Of a stretch of DNA of 58,687 bases, positions 50,903-58,687 are shown piece after piece. This stretch comes from Octopus sinensis (lineage: Eukaryota): assembly GCF_006345805.1 (NCBI RefSeq), contig NW_021834266.1:1-58687 (forward strand). Reading direction: 5' to 3'. The notes under the pieces were generated by a model that did not search any database, was not told where the DNA came from, and saw only the letters and a program-made list of their open reading frames with translations. How positions within the stretch are numbered: position 1 is the stretch's first letter; the number at the start of each line of letters is the position of its first letter. The position numbers and the translations under genes were made by a program.

Positions 50903-51535
50903 TACAGGGGTGGACAAAAGTAGACGTACTGTTTCTTTATATTGGTGGAATGTTCTTTTCATTTCTCTACTTCCAGCTATAGAATAGATATCTGAAAAGG
51001 CAGCGAGCCGGCAGAAACTCGCTGGGGTCGAGTTTGCCTTTTATTCCTTCGAGGTTCCGAAAATAAATAAGTACCAGTTGACCGACTAGCATCCTCCCTC
51101 AAAATTTCAGGCCTTGTACATATCGTAGAAAAGATGTTTCATTCATTAAATATTTAATTGATTCATTAGTCTACAATGGTAAATTGGCGAAAATTATTGT
51201 TGTGAAATACGTGCTTCACAATATTTACTGACACCTCACGAACAATTAAAGTTCAAATCGAAAAAAAAAAAAATCATTTTGTACCGGTTGTTCAAAATTT
51301 CTCTCCGCAGTGAATTTTCTTCGCACCATCAACACCGAGAGATATTGCTCAAATATCGTCTCTCCATTTGTAGGCCCACTCACTGAAAGTGAAATAAATA
51401 ATGCATGCTTTCAGCAAGATTGAGCTACAGCACATACTTCTCGCATCACCATGGGGCTACTTCTAGAGATTATTTCGAAGGGACTTTGGTCACCAAGATC
51501 GCCTTATTTAACACCGCCAGCTCTTCAGTTATCCG
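50903..51535 (+). mobile_element. Decayed Tc1/mariner-superfamily DNA transposon fragment, interrupted by a family B SINE (50996-51132)
   Basis: TA-CAGGGGTGGACAAAAG possible left end; FQQD*ATAHTSRITMGLL..ISKGLWSPRSPYLTPP matches the QQDGATAH..WPPRSPDLTP catalytic region. Confidence 0.75.
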
Positions 51536-51561
51536 GCCATACACACACATATATATATAAA

Positions 51562-51724
51562 GTTGTGGTGAAAGAGTACAGCAGGGTTCACCACCACCCC
51601 CTGCCGGAGCCTCGTGGAGCTTTAGGTGCTTTCGCCCAGTAAACACTCACAATGCCCAGTCTGAGAATCGAAACCGCGATCCTACGACCGCGAGTCCGCT
51701 GCCCTAACCACTGGGCCATTGTGC
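51562..51724 (-). mobile_element. SINE family C 5' part (followed by a family A 3' module at 51735-51900, plus strand)
   Basis: Reverse-complement tRNA-like head. Confidence 0.85.
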
Positions 51725-52252
51725 CCCACACTACAGGTGTGTTAGTGTGTTCGCGTCCTGTAACATAGCGTTTCGGCAAAAAGAGACCGATAGAATAAAT
51801 ACCGGGCTTTTAAAAAAATAATAAGTACTGGGGTCGATTCATTCGACTAAAAATTCAAGGCGGTGCTCCAGCATGGCCGCAGTCTGACTAAAACAAGTAA
51901 AACGATAAAAACAAAACAGGTAAAAAAAAAACCCCAAAAAGTATGCACTTGTATATTCTCTTATTCCAGTACCGTTTCAGTTAATCAATGGACTGACAGC
52001 TGCCATACTGGAGCACCGCATTCTGTGATTTCTGTTTGCAAGTCGTTCGTAATTAACCCATTACTTAATACAGTTTTGGGATCTGGTTTGCAAGATTCTT
52101 TATATGAGTTCGTGTGTTGAAGCATATTCTGTTGTGTCTGGGGAGAGTCATTTTCTTTTTGTGCCTTATAATGTAACACACTCACCGGTTAAATTTCCAA
52201 ACAATTTCTCACAATAGTCAAGACTATTGAAAAGGTTACAAGATGCAACGAA

Positions 52253-52508
52253 AATTCCGTCGAGGTCGACTTTGCCTTTCATCATTTCAGGGTCGATTAA
52301 ATAAGTACCAGTTACGCACTGGGGTCGATGTAATCGACTTAATCCATTTGTCTGTCCTTATTTGTCCCCTCTGTGTTTAGCCCCTTGAGGGTTGTAAAGA
52401 AATAGGTATTTCGTCTGTCTTTATGTTCTGAGTTCAAATTCCGCCGAGGTCGACTTTGCCTTTCATCCTTTCAGGGTCGATAAATTAAGTACCAGTTGCA
52501 TACTGGGG
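52253..52508 (+). mobile_element. Family B SINE tandem dimer (partial)
   Basis: AAAGAAATAGGTATTTCG junction at about 52400. Confidence 0.85.
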
Positions 52509-52814
52509 TAATAAAATAAAATAAAATAGAATAAAAATAAGAAAGAAGTGGAAATTTTACCTGTGAGTGTGTTAAATTATAAAACACAAAAAGAAAATGA
52601 CTCTCCTCAGACACAACAGAACTTAATAGAGTTTAGTACCTACCTGTGTTTACCTGTTGGTTAAGTTGCGTTCTTTGTCAATAAAAGACGTAACTCAAAG
52701 CTCTAAATGACAACGGTGTATATAAATACAAAGATATACACACCTCCCTCTCTCGCTCTTTTTCTATCTCTTTCTTCCCCCTCTCTCTCTCATATACATT
52801 ATATACATTCTGCG

Positions 52815-52982
52815 TTTTACTTGTTTCTCTCATTGGACTGCGGTCATGCTGGGGCACCGCCTTGAAGGGTTTAGTCAAATAAAATACCCCCGGTACATCC
52901 CTTGTAGGTCTGATAATTGTTCTATCTATTCCTTTTGTCGAACTGCTACGTTACGGCGATGCTAACAAATCAACACCAGTCG

Positions 52983-53023
<41 letters not shown>

Positions 53024-53150
53024 CACACACAATGGATTTCCGTACAATTTATCTTTGTCAAATTCTCCTCATCAATCCTTGAGCTCTGTCAGTGACTATA
53101 CTCGAAGCTTCTTGCATAAAGCACTGAATAGCCGGACCGATCCTAGAACC
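52815..53150 (-). mobile_element. SINE family A (diverged)
   Basis: Family A modules on the minus strand. Confidence 0.72.
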
Positions 53151-53447
53151 CTCGGGGTTTCGACACTAACTTCTTTTTACCCCCAAAACAATGACTATTT
53201 CTCCAAATGATTTACAACTTTGAGATTACATATTCAATCTAACATGAAAGGTGACTGGTCTATGTTTCACCTCTGACCTGGAATCGATGAAACAAACTCA
53301 ATATTGTACAGCGAATGCACCATCAGGGGAACCGAATAATGCGGAACGCAACCATCTTCATTGCGACATAATTTTTTTTTTAAATGCTTCCTAACACAGC
53401 TATAATTATATTTTTTCTTTTAAGCATTTGCTCTTCTATATATATAT

Positions 53448-53793
53448 ATATTGTTATATTTCGGAATGGTCATTTTGCCAGTTTAGCCAATAAAAACACA
53501 CGCACTATATATTTGGTGTTATTTTGCTTCAGTGTTATTTATTTTTTACATTAATCTTAATCTTATTTCGGCCAGAGTTCTTTCGTCACACTACTGTGAC
53601 CGCATCAGTGGTCCTTTGTTTTCTTCTTTCTTATTTGTGTCTCTCCTTACTAACCGTCAGTCATTCTGGCCGAAATAAGATTAAGATTAATGTAAAAAAT
53701 AAATAACACTGAAGCAAAATAACACCAAATATATAGTGCGTGTGTTTTTATTGGCTAAACTGGCAAAATGACCATTCCGAAATGTAACAATAT
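53448..53793. mobile_element. Head-to-head fold-back element: 129-bp inverted arms (1 mismatch) around a hammerhead-like motif
   Basis: 53448-53576 is the reverse complement of 53665-53793; minus-strand GACCA-CTGATGCG-GTCAC-AGTAGT-GTGAC-GAAA-GAACTC^TGGCC at 53569-53612. Confidence 0.8.
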
Positions 53794-53856
53794 CTGTTTT
53801 AACACACGACTTCACATAAAAAAATCTTGCACAACAAATATATAAATATATATATA

Positions 53857-54244
53857 TCTTTATATCTTGTGTGTCTGTCTCCTACGATTTAGATTCCTAA
53901 CTACTCCCACATTTTGTGGTGCAGTTTAACCAAAACCGGGTATCTTATAGTCGTGATTCATATCGAGCCCTTCTGGGTATTAGCGCGCGTCTACGATGAG
54001 TCTACGATTTTTTTTAAGAATTACCATCATTTATTTCCATTTTAATGCATTTTTTCGCTATTATATAAGGGAAGTAACTCTCTAAAAATGTCTACGATGA
54101 GTCAACGATTTAAAAAAAAATTTACCATCATTTTTTTCCCCATTTTTAATGCATTTTTTTGCTATTTTTTGGCTATAACTCTCTAAAAATGCTTATATAG
54201 TTATTTCCCTTACAAACCCGAGCAACGCCGGGCGATACTGCTAG
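53857..54244 (+). mobile_element. Non-autonomous Helitron-like element
   Basis: A|TC..CTAG|T termini (5' TC position approximate); CCCGAGCAACGCCGGG hairpin 8 nt before CTAG; internal tandem duplication of about 100 bp. Confidence 0.75.
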
Positions 54245-55119
54245 TATATATATAAACGATTTATTATTATCGTCGTTGTAATATCTTCAATGTTGCTTGT
54301 CACTAAAGCGGCGAGCTGGCAGAATCGTTAGCACACCGGACGAAAATGCCTAATGGCAAGGCTTTACTGCACGATGCCCCCGATGATGTGAAGCCCCGCT
54401 TTACTGGATCGAATGACTAATATTTGATCTTACTTACATCCTTCATCTCTAGATCATTAGCACTACTGGAATTCTGGGGTCCTACAAGTCTGTCTTGCCA
54501 CAGCATCAAAGATGTAACTGTATCACACCTATACATTACCCCTCTAACCAGGTTCCTCACCCTTTTGCAGCCATATCCCAAAAATGAAAGAAAAAAAAGG
54601 GGTGGAATGTAACAGGTTTTCGTTGTTCTTTCTATGAGCGCATATTTTGAAGAAATCTATATTCGGTAAAGGTCAAAGACAGGGGTTTTTTTAACAATCA
54701 AAATTCAGGTTAAAGGATGTTAATTGGTGGAGTTATTACAATGTCTGGGAGAATGTCTTTCGGTGTCAATTCCGTCTCTCTTGTACTCTGAGTTCGAATC
54801 TCAGCGTTGCTAACTTTGCCTTTCGTAATTTCGGGAACGATAAGAAACGTATCAATCCAGAGCGCTAGAGAAACGGAACTATTACAAGATCGGACGAGAT
54901 GCTTTGCACTATTTGTCCCGTGTCTTTGGATTTTGACCCCCAACACATTCGACAACACTGTTGACATTCTATGTCGGCCCAAGTCGGCGGCTTTTCCATT
55001 GTCGTACGACACATCGTCGTCGTAGAAATGGGAGACACGCACGGATGAGAAATTGCTAGTCTTCTTTTAAAATATAAATTCTTGCCTTGGTTAGCTCATG
55101 CATAAGCAGATGCATAGTC

Positions 55120-55160
55120 GACATGAGCCAATGGTAGGTCTACAAGACCAATGGAAGTAC
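55120..55160 (+). promoter_or_regulatory. Candidate promoter with two CCAAT boxes
   Basis: AGCCAATGG (CCAAT at 55128-55132) and GACCAATGG (55148-55152), 20 bp apart, upstream of a GC/CpG-richer unique segment. Confidence 0.4.
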
Positions 55161-55535
55161 TTATTGTAGCTTCAGTAGTACATCCATTGCAACTGGTAGT
55201 AATGACGAAAACACGAGAGCACGCAATATGAGCGAAAAGAAGAGAGAAGTGACACGAGAGTTTTGAGTAAAACTAGCAAAAAACCCGCCAGCTCTGAGAA
55301 GAGGAGATGGCGGCAGCAGCCGTTCAAGAATTTGGACCTGGAGATCTCCATTTCCAGCGACTTCGAGGGCCACCTCCCAGTGGTGTCGGGCGTCAACGAA
55401 GAGCCCTCGGCTACAGCAAGACGACCAAAGTTTTTTTCTTTCCAAGGTCTAGGGTCTCCCGTCCCTAAGCCCTAGACCATCACCTAATCACCCTTGCCCG
55501 TCTTGTTGCTTAACAACAACAACAGCAGTAGCAGC

Positions 55536-55566
<31 letters not shown>

Positions 55567-56379
55567 TAGTAGTGGTGGTAGTAGAGCGAGAAGAGACAGC
55601 CCGTCTCAAGTGTAGAGTTTGTGGTGTATCAGTGAGTGATTTCATGTCAATTTAGTCAAGTTGATTTATCTGTTTCTCACCATCGAAAAACTCTTTAATT
55701 CTGGCATTCGACGCAGCGGAGTGAAGCTCAAATAACCCAGCAGTCATATCTTAACTAAATTTAATAATAACGAAGCAAAGACAGCTTCAAACACACACAT
55801 ATATATATATGAAACTATGTATATGTATTTATGGTCAAATAATGAACAAGCGACAAAAGAGACGTTCGTATCAAGTGGACGGTCGTAGAAACTCGGTGTC
55901 ACAATATCGCTTTCTGGCAGGCTTCACATTTTTTCTCTCTCTCTCTCTTTTATTTATTTATTTTGTATATGCGTAAATGGAATATTCATAAAGAAAGAAA
56001 AAAACAAGCAACAAGCAAATAACCAAACTAAAAAAAAAAAAATCTATCCCACCCTCCCCTGCCCCACCACCAAAACAACAACATCCAAAAATCTAGCTAT
56101 CTAAATATGTTATTCGTTCTCGCTTCCTATCTTTCTCTGTCCCTCGGTTTGAAGCCAGACCACCCGTTGGGTCACAAATGTGTCTAGTAACAGGACTCTA
56201 CGGCGATACAACAAGATAGAGTGAGATAGTTAAATGTATGTATGATCGTGTGAGAGCGTATAACACACACACTCACACTCCCGTAATATATATATATATA
56301 TATATATATATCTATATGCTTGTCTAGTCAGCGGTAATATTAATGTGCCTGAATAGCTAGACCAAGAACGCACATTCTA

Positions 56380-56385
56380 CTGACT

Positions 56386-56468
<83 letters not shown>

Positions 56469-56850
56469 CATACACTACATACACTTGTGGAGTTGTATGT
56501 ACGTATGAAATGTAGTATGTACTTAAATGCATTGTTGTATGTACGTATGCATATATTATATATATATATATATATATACTAAAACTATATATATATATAT
56601 ATATAACTATATATATATATATATCTAAACTATATATATATATATATATATATACTATATATATATATAACTATATATCTATATATATATATATATAACT
56701 ATATACAATATATATATAATATTATATATATATATATATATATACATATATATAACTATATACATATATAACTATATATATACATATATATAACATATAT
56801 AACTATATATATAATATATATATACATATATATAACTATATATATGTATA
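56380..56850. repeat. (TA)n-derived AT-only tract with ATAACT variant units
   Basis: Direct reading. Confidence 0.92.
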
Positions 56851-57149
56851 TAGTTGTAGGCGTGTATAGTTACATGTACATATATATTTGTGCATTTCTG
56901 TATGTATGCTTGTTTTTATGTTTGTGTATATGTATGAATGTATGTATGTGTGTGCGTGTGTGTATGTACATGCGTTATTGTGTTTGTTTATTTTCTCGGT
57001 CTAATTTAGTTTATTTTCGTACGGCGAAGCGAAGGACTTTCACAACGTAAACCTTTGGAAATACCAATATAAATAAGCGGGGGTGGGGGGAGAAAGAAAA
57101 AAAAGGGCAACAACAAGAAACAAAATCGAAACCATCACCTATATCTTCA

Positions 57150-57397
57150 CCATCACTCTTAGCACCACCACCACCACCACCACTACCACCATAACCATCA
57201 TAACCTTCATACCACTAACACCATCACCACCACCACCACCACCATCACTTTCACCACCGTCTGTCATCGTCCTCATATCAATGCCAGAATGATAATCATC
57301 ATGATCGCCTTCTTCATCACCACCATCGCCATCCTCTTCTTCAGTAAGACACCACTACATCTACCACTGCCACCACAACCATCATCGTGGTAGTGGT

Positions 57398-57445
<48 letters not shown>

Positions 57446-57450
57446 TTCTC
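57150..57450. repeat. (CAC/CAT)n low-complexity tract
   Basis: Direct reading. Confidence 0.88.
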
Positions 57451-57962
57451 TTTTTTCCTTCGTTAACCATCCTTACCAAACTACCTTTTCCTTGCCCCAA
57501 TCTCTCCAGCCTATTCTAATCTCTTAATCTCTTTTGACTTACACACATACACACACATGTATGTGTATACACGTCCGTCTGTCTGAGTGTGTGTGTGTGT
57601 TTGTATATGTGTAAATAGGTGTGTGTGTGTGCTTATGGATATATTTGTTTTCTTTCCGTCGCCTTTTGTTAATCTCTTATTCTTCCATTATCTCTTATTC
57701 CTTTTCGTTCTTTTCCTCTCCTCTTCATACGGCCATACTCAACACATTCACTCTTTCTCTCTCATATATATGCAGGTATCACTATGTACACACACACACA
57801 CTCACACTCTTAATATCCGATGAGATGGCGGTATCCTACGCACTCACGAAACATCAAGTCATGAGGAGTTGAGTCAAATTATTACTATATATATATATAT
57901 TATATATATATATATATATGAGTGGACAAACGGAAGTAGTGTGCAACATATTTGGTAAAGTT

Positions 57963-58001
<39 letters not shown>

Positions 58002-58424
58002 TATATATATACATACACATACACACACACATACATACGTGTGTATTGGTGTGCACTTCAGCCAATACCACTGACCTACCAGCCCCGCTTTTTTAAACTA
58101 AAAGGCTAATTAATACGTATTTGAATGTATGCATGGCTGAGTGGTTAAGAAGTTGGTTTCATAACCGTATGGTTCTTGGTTCAATCCTATCACTCGATAT
58201 CTTGGACAAATGTCTTTGACGTCACTTCGGGTCGAGTCAAGCCTTTTGCATGAAACTCGATTTATGGAAAATATAGAAACCAGTAGAATGGTTTGTACTT
58301 GTCAATCAAAAGTCTGGCCTTGTTGCAAAATATCATGTTGATTCTATATGGGTAACACGGTAAATTTACATATATCTCTGGAATATTTATCCACTTTTCA
58401 TGCTAGTGTAGGATAACTTGCGTT

Positions 58425-58457
<33 letters not shown>

Positions 58458-58531
58458 GGGAGAGTTTACGAAAATAAAACAAAAGACGAAGACAGGTGGT
58501 GTCAAAAACAAACAGATGTATTAGTATAACG

Positions 58532-58596
<65 letters not shown>

Positions 58597-58626
58597 GAGA
58601 GAGAGAGAGAGGAGATAGAGCTGAGA

Positions 58627-58657
<31 letters not shown>

Positions 58658-58687
58658 TACACCAGCGTGCTTGAAAGAAAAAAAGCC

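Noticed and set aside
58455-58535. Short unique segment between (TA)n tracts, possibly a PLE terminal fragment
   Set aside because: Single truncated occurrence with no ribozyme or coding evidence inside this window

Overview
Eukaryotic, AT-rich, repeat-saturated non-coding DNA. The SINE families and the density of (TA)n/(CA)n/(ATCT)n/(ATT)n microsatellites point to a cephalopod, probably Octopus (inference from recalled repeat sequences, not a database search). No intact host gene, true tRNA/rRNA gene or CRISPR array is supportable, and nearly all ORFs in the track are translations of simple repeats or SINEs. The window holds dozens of copies of about five tRNA-derived SINE families (my labels A-E), some as ~184-bp tandem multimers. 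It also holds decayed or internally deleted autonomous elements: a Penelope-like element (RT C-terminus + GIY-YIG), an L1/Tx1-type LINE, a mariner, a Tc1-like fragment, a pogo-like MITE and a non-autonomous Helitron. There are several long fold-back inverted repeats, one candidate 144-nt exon and one candidate CCAAT-box promoter/first exon. The most interesting signal is a set of minimal type-I hammerhead ribozyme motifs from three sequence-unrelated families (2173-2205, 21113-21165 with its copy at 34416-34465, and 53569-53612). Each carries a non-canonical catalytic core (A3:U8 covariation, U4C, A9 variant). Two sit inside fold-back structures, and in one case the inverted arm starts within 2 nt of the predicted cleavage site.
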